Source: Octopus bimaculoides | Taxonomy: Eukaryota | Direction: 5' to 3' | DNA length: 39,657 nt | Assembly (NCBI RefSeq): GCF_001194135.2 | Contig: NC_068999.1 | Coordinates: 38,851,197 to 38,890,853, forward strand | In this document: piece after piece, positions 1-10,532 of the stretch | Layout: each line of letters starts with the position of its first letter | Numbering within the stretch: the first letter of the stretch is position 1 | The notes under the pieces: model-generated | Told to the model about the DNA's origin: nothing | The model's database searches: none | Seen by the model: the letters and a program-made list of their open reading frames with translations, nothing else | Program-made: the position numbers and the translations under genes

Positions 1-42
<42 letters not shown>

Positions 43-84
43 GCATACATGTATGTATGTATGTATGTATATATATATATATAC

Positions 85-440
85 TGGCTGAGACATGGCT
101 CACTTTGAAACTAACGGTGTGGCACCTCGAATAAATCTACTGCTATAACACTGCAATGACCAGTGTCTTATGCCTGAATTTGAGAGATGAAAACTGTGAG
201 GAAGCCCATTGCATATACATGTGTATGTATGTGCATTCGTCTTTGTGCCTTTGTTTTTTTCCCCATCTTGGCAACTAGTGTTAGCTTGTTTACATCCCTT
301 TTAACTTAGCAGTTTAGCAAAAGGGATTGATGAAATAAATACCTGGCTTAAAAACGTGTGCTTGGGTCACTTTGCTCAGCTAAAAGCATTCGAGGCAATG
401 CACCAGCATGGCCACAGTCCAATAACAGAAGCAAGTCAAA
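85..440 (+). mobile_element. Degenerate tRNA-headed SINE (family A), near full length
   Basis: The 3' half (gtttacatcccttttaacttagcagtttagcaaaaggg...ccagcatggccacagtcc...gcaagtcaaaaataaaa) matches the reverse complement of 34770-34920. It ends in an A-rich tail followed by TA/TG microsatellite. Boundaries are approximate. Confidence 0.7.
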
Positions 441-569
441 AATAAAAAAAGTTAAAAGATGTATATGTCTGTGTGTATATATTTTGATCATATAACGGAG
501 GAAATTGCGAGAAGCTGAAGAAATTACATAGCTTTAATTTATTCATCGATTCTCTGCAAATTGGCCAGC

Positions 570-612
<43 letters not shown>

Positions 613-959
613 GCACACATATATATACATGCACAAATATAAATACATACATATATATATGCATATATGTGTATGTATATATACATACATATATATATAT
701 TTATGTGTGTGCATATGTGTTTATGAATGTACATGAATGTTGTTTACTTTCAATCTGCAGTGGTTATTAACGTATTATAATTTGTTCTTGATGTCTGCAA
801 CATCATTTCTCATCTATTTGTATACCTTTGTTTGATCTGTGTATTTGTATAATTGCAACACATACCTATATACATACTCACACACCCACACACATATATA
901 AGTATATGTATTATATATATATATATTTATGTAAATATATATATACATATACATAAGTA

Positions 960-969
960 NNNNNNNNNN
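960..969. other. Assembly gap (10 N) inside a (TA)n tract
   Basis: N run seen directly. Confidence 1.
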
Positions 970-1011
<42 letters not shown>

Positions 1012-1619
1012 TTAATTATATATTGATATATAAATATATATATATATGTAAATATATATATATTTATATATATAGACATACACACATGTACGCCCCCATC
1101 CCACCTTTACCCTGGAATGTATGGTGTTTGTGAGCGTATGTAATGTTCCCCTCACCTTTTGACAACCGTCTCAACCATACCACTCAGACAATCAGGTATC
1201 TTTCAAGCTGAGGTGATTGATGGCACAGAATTTCAAAAGAGCCTGCTTTCCATAACTTAAAACATTATAAATATATTGAGCAGAGAATTGTAAATCTAGT
1301 TTGCTTTTATTTGATATCAAAAGTTTCACTTCACTTCTCGAACCAAACCAAAATTTTATTCCAACATTTTTAACAATTATGAAACACAGAGAAGAGAGAG
1401 AGCGTGCGAGAGAGAGAGAATATGTATGTATGTATGTATGTGTTTATTTCTGTGTGAGTGTATGTGTGTGTTTATTTTTATTTGTTTGTTAATTCATTTA
1501 TTTGTCTGTTTTGTCGCAAAATGTTGGAGCCATAAATCTTTTGTGACAATCATGTTTTGACTGATGCTGACTGATGAAATATGATCATAATTATTCATCA
1601 ACAACTTTATGATCTTTCC

Positions 1620-1743
1620 CCTCATCACCACCACCACCATCACCATCATAACTTTGGTCATTGTTATCATCAGCCGTTACAGAAAGAAACAGCTTGAAAT
1701 ATCATCACCACCACCATACATCTGCTCCTCCTCCACCTCCTGC

Positions 1744-1785
<42 letters not shown>

Positions 1786-1815
1786 CAATCATTATCCTCA
1801 TCATCACTATCATCA
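1620..1815. repeat. Compound (CAT/CAC)n trinucleotide microsatellite
   Basis: A long catcatcat run at ~1744-1790 with CAC/CAT interruptions. It produces the poly-Ser and poly-Asp pseudo-ORFs. Confidence 0.95.
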
Positions 1816-2796
1816 GCAGTAACAGAAGCAACTGGGAAAAATTCCACCAGCACCACCAACACCAGCAGCAGATAAGATTTGTAGAATGGTTGTATGAAAA
1901 GCATCAGAAACGTTGCCTGCGGTATTCAATTACATTCTGTCTCTCTGCATTGCCAGTTCACATCTCACCCACAGCCACAATGTCTTTTTCAAATGATTAC
2001 ATAAAGCACAAATCAGCTGCAGGAATTGATTTAATATTCCACAAATGTTATGTAAATATTCTTGATGTTAGGTTTACATGTTCTGTAGGAAACTTCTTTC
2101 TTTTAGACTTTAGCAGCTGAAATGTTAAGGGAGCACTCACTGATACTTCCCTAATAAAAGATGAACCTAACATCTGAGCAGCTATATATATATATATATA
2201 TATATATACATACATCTTACTCTTGTATCTTCTTTCAACAGCTGGAAGCCATTTCTAACACCAACCACTTTACAATGTGTATTAGCCACCTTTTCCATAC
2301 CATCAGCACTATTAAAGTTGCCATGTGGCTCACGTCCCCCTTTTACTCACCTCACATCATGAAGGACCACCCAGGCAAATGAGAAAACTTGTACCAGGCC
2401 CCATTCAGGAGTGATGGACATTGATGTTTCAATGTTTCATCCTTATTGTGACTTATCAACACTGCGCACCCAAACGAGTCCCGATTGAGCTAAATTGCTA
2501 TCTATGACTATATATGCAAAGCAGTGTAAGAACCATCTGCTGATATGTCCCAACGTTTTATATCATAGAAAAAAATCCAGATATGATCTCACTTGTTTAT
2601 GACTTCCAGATGATTAAGCATCAGGCACATTAATAGGAATATATTCTCTTACGCCTACAAGTGCAGCCTACCCACAAACTAGCAAAACAAATACCTTGTG
2701 TATGTGTATTCAATACTGTATGTGCATGTGTGTGTGTGTGTATTCATATATATATGTATGTATGCAGGTATGTATATATGTGTGTGTGTATATATA

Positions 2797-2886
2797 NNNN
2801 NNNNNNNNNNNNNNNNNNNNNNNNNNNNNNNNNNNNNNNNNNNNNNNNNNNNNNNNNNNNNNNNNNNNNNNNNNNNNNNNNNNNNN
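2797..2886. other. Assembly gap (90 N) next to TA/TG microsatellite
   Basis: N run seen directly. Confidence 1.
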
Positions 2887-3799
2887 TTTTATATACAACA
2901 TTCTTTGATTAACAAAAGAAATTGAAATGTAGTCTGTTGTTTCTCCCCTACTCCAGCCTCCGTCCCCTACTCCAACCTTTGTCTATTTAACATACAACTT
3001 ATATTAATAATATTCACTAATTATTTTGTCAATTTCTTAAAATCATAAACACGTCCTATTGATTATGTTTTAATGTATATAGCAATTATTTCTGTTTAAT
3101 TTGGCAGAAAACTGTTTCCTGTGTTGTTCTTCCTTCGGTATATTCTATATCTGTATGTTCTAAATATGGAAATGACTGCAGGAATTGTTTCTGAAAACTG
3201 CTGTTAATGGACTGGAACATTTTAAATGCCATCTTTTGCATTACATATATAGAAAATATGTCTGTCTTGTTAATTATTTTTGTTTAATTTTTTTCTGTGG
3301 TTTTCTTTTTATTATTTGCAAACTTATTTAATTATTTGACATTCTTGGTAGACATCTTATCTTTGTGCAGTGTATGTCTGCTGTCGAGTTTAAACTGCAG
3401 GCCCTCTCAATTGATGTACTAAAAGTAGTGTTTGTGATTATTTTAGGGTCCTAGTAGCACAAGAGGAGGGGAAAGCACCAATGGCAGAAAGAATTGAAAC
3501 CATTTTCAGAGCTTCAATGATGGATTAAACCCCATGAAAAGAATTGAAACCTTCAATAATGTACCATAGTTTGAAACCCCAAATTTCTAAGTTTGGAAAC
3601 AGTATTGATCCCCTAATGCTTGACTGGTACCTCATGGTTGCAACCTCGAAGTGATGAAAATTAAATTAATGTGAGATTCGAACTAAGGAGGTAATGAGAT
3701 CCATCACATACAATAAGACATCTTGTCCATGATTTTAAGCATCTCGCAAATACACCGACCCTAATACAGTAATGACTGTTTCTGGCCTTCGTTACAGAT

Positions 3800-4100
3800 C
3801 TTAAAGAAAATTTGTGGGGTGGGGGCAGGGTTGATTGCTTCTATTCATCCCAGTACTTTACTGGTACTCTAGTAGAATTTTAACTCAGAACACAGGGATG
3901 GATGAAATGCCACCAAGTATTCTGCTGAGTGTGCTAATGATTCTGCCAGCTTCAATAACAATAATCGTTTCTAGTGTAAGCACAAGGCTGATAATAGAAT
4001 TTTGGTGGGATGGTGCTGGTCAGTTTCGTCCATCCCAGCACTTGACTCTTACTTATCGAAACTGAAAGGATGACAGAAGGGGTCTCCCAGCTTGCTGCCT
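3800..4100 (-). mobile_element. Two adjacent decayed SINE copies (family B)
   Basis: The motifs cccagtactttactggtact and gaaatgccaccaag...gtgtgctaatgattctgccagct are shared with copies at 5815-6125, 10150-10245 and 32010-32573. Confidence 0.7.
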
Positions 4101-4149
4101 TAACAACAACAATAACAACAACAGAAACAGCAGCAGCAGCAGCAGCAAC

Positions 4150-4765
4150 AACAAGAACAACAACAGTCAGTTAAACAAGTTTTTTGGAGATAAACATCTT
4201 TTGGAGAAAGCAATGAGAGAATGACAAGTAGAATTGACACATGCAAATGAATTGCTAAGTAACGTGACAATGCGCAGAGGCATTTTCCACGGAGACTCAA
4301 ATTCTCCATTACTCTTTGTCATTGTGCTAATCTCTTTGACAAATATACTGAGAAAATCCAGGCCTGCCTATGAGTTTACCGAAACCAAGAGAAGAATAAA
4401 TCACTTATTTTATATGGATGACCTCAAGATGTTTACCAAAAAATTAGACAGACCTGGATTTTCCTAATCTAAACAGTGAAGATATCCAGAAATTAGAATG
4501 CAGTTTGAGGTAGATAATTGCACAGTAGACACTAAGAATAGGGGCCGGATAAAGTTTGATGGCATAAAATTACCACGAGACAATATCATTTGATTGCTAT
4601 GGAATAATGAGGGATACAAATACCTAGAAGTGCTGCAAGACGATGAGATAGTGGAGAGGGAAATGAGAGAGAAAGTCACTAAAGAGTACAAAAAGAGAAT
4701 TTGGAAGGTGCTCAGAACAAAATTTGAAATAGGAAGTATTTGGGGCATGCCAATAGCATAGATCA
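4150..4765 (+). mobile_element. Decayed non-LTR retrotransposon RT fragment, R4/Dong-like (REL-endonuclease group)
   Basis: Translates to RRGIFHGDSNSPLLFV...INHLFYMDDLKMFTKK. After frameshifts it continues MQFEVDNC...DGIKLP...GYKYLEVLQDDEIVEREMREKVTKEYKKRIWKVLRTK. This resembles the RGIFQGDSLSPL, HLLFMDDLKL and YKYLG motifs of R4/Dong RTs. Contains stops and frameshifts. Confidence 0.85.
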
Positions 4766-5814
4766 TGCCTATAAAAAATGATTTGTAACAGTCTGTGTTC
4801 AGTAATGAAGATTCTCAGTTCTTTCAGCTTTCACAGCAGTGACTTAAGTGCCATTACTCACTGAAAGAATACAAGACGGTACCCCAGATGGATGAAATGT
4901 GTGACTTGGATATCGATAGGTTGTCATTTAGTTTGACCATTGAGCAGACACAGTTGGGCATTCATGCAATCGCACCTCTGGAACTGGAACCAAAGTTGCC
5001 TGTGCTGTGGTTGAGCATCAGGTAACAAATATCAAGACTGGTGGAACTAATCCAAACTGATGTCCAGCAGAAGTGAAGTCTTTCATCCACTCCCTTTACA
5101 CAACAATACCCTATCCATGTGTGTGTGTGTGTGTGTGTGTGTCACATGCTTCTCTTGGGCAATTCTTTTCTTTCTCGTTAGGCTTTTTCCTCTTTCTGGC
5201 AAAAAAAGCCATGCTTGTAACATCATAGGCCTTCTCTTTCCTGCCTCAAACTTTCTCTGAGCATCAATCTGATATATTCATTGTGTACGTTCTTTTGACC
5301 TTTGTTGCTTTTCCTGTTTTTTGTTTTTAATTTTGATTTGTGTACACGCACGCACACACACACACATACACGTATACATGTGGCGTGTGTTCATGTTTTT
5401 CACTCACTTTCAGAAAAAGTTTAATTTCTTAATGGCCAGCCTAGTTTTGCATAAACAATAATACTAGAGTAAAATATGTGTTTGCGTATGTGTGTGTGTG
5501 TGTGTATGATACACTTATACAATAACATTAAAAAAAGACTGGAAAGAGCATACAAAGATAAACTCTTTTTGCTCAAATAATTTGCTTTAATTATGACGCA
5601 TCATTAAAAAGAAAAAAAAAGCTGTTTCTCAAAGTGCGTTAAGAAGATTAATATGTATGCTCACATTATAATAGGTTCTTAATGAAATCTCTGTCTTTCT
5701 TGGATTTAATTACAATTGTCAGCCAGAGTAGTGTAAATTATATTTTAAAAAAAATAATCACGACAACAATACTGGTAGTAGTAGTAATAGTAGTAGTAGT
5801 AGTTTCAAGTTTTA

Positions 5815-5952
5815 GCACAAGGCCAGCAATTACAGTGGAGGGGTAAGTTGATTACATCAACCCCAGTGCTCAACTGGTACTTAGTTTATCCTTCCTGAAT
5901 GAATGAAAGGCAAAGTCACCCTCGGCAGAACTTGAACTCAGAAAATAATAAA

Positions 5953-6006
<54 letters not shown>

Positions 6007-6125
6007 CCTTTCTACTATAGGCAGAAAAAGGCCTGAAATTTGAGGGGAGGGAACTAGTTGATTACATCGACCCAAGTGTTTCACTGGTACTTAATTTATT
6101 GACCCCAAAAGGACGAAAGGCAAAT
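5815..6125 (-). mobile_element. Two truncated SINE family B copies separated by (TAA)n
   Basis: The segment gttgattacatc(a/g)accc(c/a)agtg...actggtactta...gaaaggcaaa occurs twice (~5845-5915 and ~6055-6124), with (AAT)n at ~5955-6005 between them. Confidence 0.8.
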
Positions 6126-6138
6126 AATAAAGATGATC

Positions 6139-6189
<51 letters not shown>

Positions 6190-6365
6190 GCCCTGATGCA
6201 GTACTAGGCAGTGGCTACCATGGTTTCTAATATTAACTGATTGTAAGTGTTTTGTCTTGGTATAAAAGCTGGGCTACAGTAAATATTCTGCTCAATACCA
6301 CAGGTTTACTTGTCCATTGCTTGACCTTAACCATTTGAGCATTCCCTTAGTGGCTGACAATATGT
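6190..6365. repeat. Dispersed repeat (family C), copy 1
   Basis: ttttgtcttgg...tgggctacagtaaatattctgctcaataccaca...gaccttaacca...cttagtggctgacaatatgt is also present at ~29056-29176. Both copies follow (TAA)n. Confidence 0.8.
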
Positions 6366-6668
6366 GCAGTAAATATGCTATGAAATAAACAGGCCTCACA
6401 GCATGTACTCTCCTGGTCAAGTATTCGACAAAAGAACACAACTTTCATTATACACACAATACAGGCAGTAATGCAACAAAATCCCCAAAGCCAAGACCCA
6501 TAGCAAAACAAACTGACTCAATACAGTACTAGGAAATGTTTGTACTCCACCAAGAAAAAAAAGGTAAAAAAGCAACAAAAATATAGAACACACAATTTTG
6601 ATCACACCTCAGTTACACAGAGGTGTAGCAAGTGTTGCAGTAGAAATTTGCCTGAAACTATCTAATGT

Positions 6669-6671
<3 letters not shown>

Positions 6672-6728
<57 letters not shown>

Positions 6729-6740
6729 GTAATAATAAAT
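6672..6740. repeat. (TAA)n microsatellite
   Basis: Seen directly. Confidence 0.95.
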
Positions 6741-7089
6741 GAAATAGAAAAAGAATTAGAAGAAAGTAAAACAAAATGAAAAGTGTAAAAGTGGTTGAAG
6801 AAGGCTGTCATTAGATTGTATTCACACCCAATTATTGTTTATTCATTTGGAGAATTGGGGAGCACAATTTCTTATCAGATTGGCAATGTGCCCCTATTAG
6901 AAAAAAGAAAGAAAGAAAGAAAAGTAAGTGGATACATTTCAAAAATAGGAAACAAAAAAATTCAGAGAAAAAAAGAATCTGTACATATTGCAAAAATAAA
7001 TAATATATAATAAATGAATAATGGTATTAAAATTTGAAATGAAAGAAACCTTAGGAAGAAGCTAGCAGTCAATTTCTTTATCTTATTAG

Positions 7090-7193
7090 AAAGTATAAGA
7101 GTTGCCAATATACTTCTCTAGAAAAGGTTGCTACTGACTTATTGTCTGGTGAACCCATGGAAACTGCACTTTCTGTTGCTTTATATGTCCACA
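7090..7193 (+). CDS. Candidate internal coding exon (104 nt), product unknown
   Basis: Acceptor tttctttatcttattAG and donor ccaca|GTAAGT. Only one frame is open: KYKSCQYTSLEKVATDLLSGEPMETALSVALYVH. I recognise no homolog and found no neighbouring exon. Confidence 0.3.
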
Positions 7194-7475
7194 GTAAGTA
7201 TGATACACAGAATGCTATTTTGAATTTATTGTGCTTCTGTCACTGATATTGAATTTTTACCCAGCCTTCTGGCTATTTATGGAACTTTTGATTTCTTAAT
7301 CACTGTTTTTCTACATCAATTGAAACTTAATTTCTCTAATCATGCAGGAGATAGAAGATGCCATATTAGGACACAGAAATCATAATTTAGCAATTCTCGC
7401 TGAATGGTTTTTGTTCTGTTTCTCTGCTTGTTAACACTGTAAATCAAGATAAGATGCTTTGTCAAGTCGAATATT

Positions 7476-7541
7476 GCAGACATGTGGCTTCCTATAGTAT
7501 ATATCCCCGTAGACATGTGGCTTCCTATAGTATATATCCCC
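7476..7541. repeat. Tandem duplication, 33-bp unit x2
   Basis: agacatgtggcttcctatagtatatatcccc (31 nt) is identical at 7478-7508 and 7511-7541. Confidence 0.95.
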
Positions 7542-7599
7542 TGTTTTGAAATAATGCTGATTCCATCACTAATAACAAATTATAGTTTTTTAATTTACC

Positions 7600-7745
7600 C
7601 TTTCAAGGCAGTTGCTTAACAGAATCATTAGAGAGCTGGCTAGATTGCCTTATGGCAAGTGTTTGGATATTTTATGACCTCAGTTCAAATCCAGCCTATG
7701 TCAGTTCTACTTTTAATTATTTTTGGGGTTGATAAAAAAAAGAAC
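7600..7745 (+). mobile_element. Decayed SINE family B, head on + strand
   Basis: aaggcagttgcttaacagaatcattag...cagttcaaatcc (B-box-like)...ggggttgataaaa is the reverse-complement counterpart of the minus-strand copies. Confidence 0.55.
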
Positions 7746-8259
7746 AAAAACACGACCAGTTCAAGATTAAACAATAAATGATCAATTCATTTTTCATAAG
7801 TTCTGACAGATTTCAACATGAATATGCTAATTACTACACCTCATGAATCAATATCTGGTTGGCAGACATCTGAATGCATCAACCAATAATTTGATTAGAG
7901 TTTCCTATAAGCAAGAGCTTGTGCTTCCGTTTTTTTCTAAGATCCATGGTCCATGGTAGATTCAAATGAAGAAATGCACAATGAAGTCAAAACGTGGCAG
8001 TCTCTCAAAGTCCCCTTTACACTTATAAATCTTATGTTATGAACACGTTGCCTTAAGGAGGAAAATGTTCTCCGAGAGTGAATAACATCAGCGATCAGAT
8101 ATTCATGTTTGAACCTTCTAGAGAGTATTAAGAGAGAATAGACACATTACTGGGGAAAACAAATCAACAGAACTACAATAATCATAATAATAATACTACT
8201 ACTACTAATAATAATAACAATAATAATGATAACAACAACAACAATAATAATAATCCAAA

Positions 8260-8690
8260 CAGGTCAGCTACTAGAGCATAACAGACCGGACCTAGGTGCA
8301 CTGCATATGCTATATAGTTGACATTGCATGACCCTTTGACCCGCGGATAGTCAGGAAGGAAGGCAAAAAGATAGATAGATAGAAACAACCCTCTAAAGTA
8401 CGAAATAGCCCGGCTATGGAAATTGGAGACGGTGAAGGTAGTGCCAATTATTGTTGGGTCCTTGAGGACAGTTTTGGAAGGCATCAAGAGTAATATAAAG
8501 GAAATTGGAATAGAGTGCCCAGTAGAACTGTTACAAAAGGTTTGCCTCCTTGACACAGCCAGAATAATCAGGAATGTATTAGATAACTGAAAAGAACACA
8601 TAGAATGGTACTGTAGGCTGCAGGTAGCAAGAACGCTACGCCTGTAAGACTCCAAGAGTTCCAACAAAACCTGCGATAAAGAGAAAATAC
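8260..8690 (+). mobile_element. 5'-truncated R4/Dong-like LINE 3' end (restriction-like endonuclease C-terminus + 3' UTR)
   Basis: With two frameshifts it reads RPDL / CYIVDIA*PFDPRIVRKEGKKIDR / PLKYEIARLWKLETVKVVPIIVGSLRTV...VELLQKVCLLDTARIIRNVLDN*. This matches the RPD..D(I/V)A.P.D....KE..K...Y..L..E..RLW...V.P..VG signature. It is preceded by (TAA/CAA)n and followed by (TAC)n. Confidence 0.85.
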
Positions 8691-8712
8691 TACTACTACT
8701 ACTACTACTACA

Positions 8713-8749
<37 letters not shown>

Positions 8750-8787
8750 TTACAACTACTACTACTAGTAGTAGTAGTAGTAGTAGT
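8689..8787. repeat. (TAC)n then (TAG)n inverted microsatellite
   Basis: The junction ...actactAGTagtagt... is centred on actagt at ~8764-8769. Confidence 0.95.
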
Positions 8788-9579
8788 AAAATATCATTTT
8801 CAAAAATAGGCCGACTTCAGATTCAGTTTACAACTTCGAATGTTTTGAAAATTAAAAAAGTATATAAATCTAGAACAATCAGATTTATGACCTAAGGGTA
8901 AATTCATTCCAGTTTGAGAACCCCTGGTCAAGATGCTCTGTAGTATTGTTTACTTAACCCCGGTTTACTGGCACGTATCCCTACCACTTTACTCAGTGCT
9001 AAGTTAATGTTGATTCCTAATTGCTGGGAACCACAAAAGTGGAACCGGTAGAAAAGTTGAAGAATTAACTTCTGGAATCCTGTAACTTATCAAAGGTTAA
9101 CCATCACATCGATCCCAATGTGATTTGATCAGGCAATACGAGGAAACGTAACTAAATATTAGATGACATTTCATGTGATCTTCACCGATTCTACCATTCT
9201 AGTGTTTTGCAAAGTATTTGATTAATATTTATTATTTCACGATTTGTACGTAACCCACACTTTGTGAAGAAAACGTTTGATTCGATTGATTTCATTCTTT
9301 GATTTGTACAAAGTTTTATCGACATCGGAAATATGTGACGCAATTAAAAGCTATTTACATCTTGCCATGCATGGAAGAGGATCGATATATCCGTTGCTTT
9401 GATCAACATTTCATGGCATTGATCCCTATGGATATAAGGATATAATCCTAATTTATATTTCTCTCGCACCCCGCCAACCCCCAACCCCCATGGCAAACAC
9501 CTGTGTTAGTGTACTTGCACCAACTTGCATAGAAGAAAGAAGGAACAGCGTCAGCTTTCACTCATCAGAAGCTTATTTC

Positions 9580-9601
9580 TTCTCATCGTCATCAACATCA
9601 T

Positions 9602-9644
<43 letters not shown>

Positions 9645-9735
9645 GTCACCATCAACATCGTCATCATCGTTGTCCCCGTCATCACAGTCGTTGCTGTCTC
9701 CGTCGTCGACATTTTCCACAGTATCACCATCAACA
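9580..9735. repeat. (CAT/CGT)n compound microsatellite
   Basis: Seen directly. It produces the poly-Ile and poly-Met pseudo-ORFs. Confidence 0.9.
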
Positions 9736-9866
9736 TGTTCACGTAGGATCAATTTTCTATGCTGGTATCTTTTCTTGAAGAATTACGCAACGCAGCATAT
9801 CTCTTCTTCTCTCAATTCTTGGAAATCTATTCTCTAAAACACCTGCAAACTGAGATTTCTCCTTAC

Positions 9867-9904
9867 CTTTTTTTCCCCTTGTTTTTTCTTTGTTCTTGGC
9901 TCAT
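9867..9904 (-). CDS. Candidate first coding exon (38 nt, MSQEQRKNKGKK, phase-2 donor)
   Basis: The minus strand reads ggcgccgatttttgtcATG AGC CAA GAA CAA AGA AAA AAC AAG GGG AAA AAA AG|GTAAGG. It lies near the CpG-rich/CpG-poor boundary. No downstream exon was identified. Confidence 0.35.
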
Positions 9905-10149
9905 GACAAAAATCGGCGCCCTAAAATCGGAATGGGCTGACAAGGAACCTTTTATGTGGCTATTTTGATATCACACGTCTTTGTGTTTAAAAAACCAACA
10001 ACACATCGTGTAATGCCATCTTAGATACACAATGTTTCAAAGAAGTCGTGTTGAGGAAACCTGGAACGCCTTTGATCATTATTCTGATTGGTTCAATCAG
10101 GATTGAGCTAAGGCTGAACAACAAGGACAATCACAATCTTTTCTACTGT

Positions 10150-10245
10150 AAGCACAGGGGCAGAAATTTTGTGGGAGGGTCTAGTCAATTACCTCGACCC
10201 CAGTGCTCGACTGGTATTTATTTCATCGACCCTGAAAGGAAGAAA
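10150..10245 (-). mobile_element. SINE family B fragment, CpG-retaining
   Basis: agcacaggggcagaaattttgtgggagg...ctcgaccccagtgctcgactggtatttatttcatcgaccctgaaagg matches the other family B copies. Confidence 0.75.
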
Positions 10246-10260
10246 AACCTAACCCTAACC

Positions 10261-10345
10261 CAGAAACAACTGTAAGACTAACTTTCTCTTTATAAATGTC
10301 CTGAAAATTCCACACAGCCTTAGGTTTGTTGTCTTATTTTATTTA
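10261..10345 (+). mobile_element. Fragment of hammerhead-bearing repeat (family H1, putative Penelope-like terminal repeat), 3' half only
   Basis: cagaaacaactgtaagactaactttctc...aaaattccacacagccttaggtttgtt is nearly identical to 16043-16127. It retains GAAAC-aact-GTA-agac but lacks the CTGATGA half, which is replaced by a SINE. Confidence 0.7.
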
Positions 10346-10431
10346 AAACCTACATACGTACGTACGTATGTATGTATGTATGTATGTATGTATGCATGTA
10401 TGTGTGTGTATATGTGTTTGTGTATGAATAA

Positions 10432-10532
10432 TTCTTTTACAAGAATAGTGCTGGCATTGACTTCGAGGTTTTGGTCTGCTTAGCTATCATCGAACCGATG
10501 AAGCCACTGTGAACGCTATTCTTGTAAAAGAA
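10432..10532. mobile_element. ~100-bp foldback/MITE-like element
   Basis: Perfect 17-bp inverted termini ttcttttacaagaatag (10432-10448) and ctattcttgtaaaagaa (10516-10532), with an imperfect inward extension. TAA flanks both sides (10429-10431, 10533-10535). Confidence 0.65.

Noticed and set aside
4843-5025. ~60-codon open frame after the LINE RT fragment
   Set aside because: No good acceptor in frame and no recognisable homology.
6843-6893. Strong minus-strand acceptor followed by GHIANLIRNCAPQFSK*
   Set aside because: The pyrimidine tract is a (CTTT)n microsatellite, the phase is incompatible with the 9867 donor, and I recognise no homolog.
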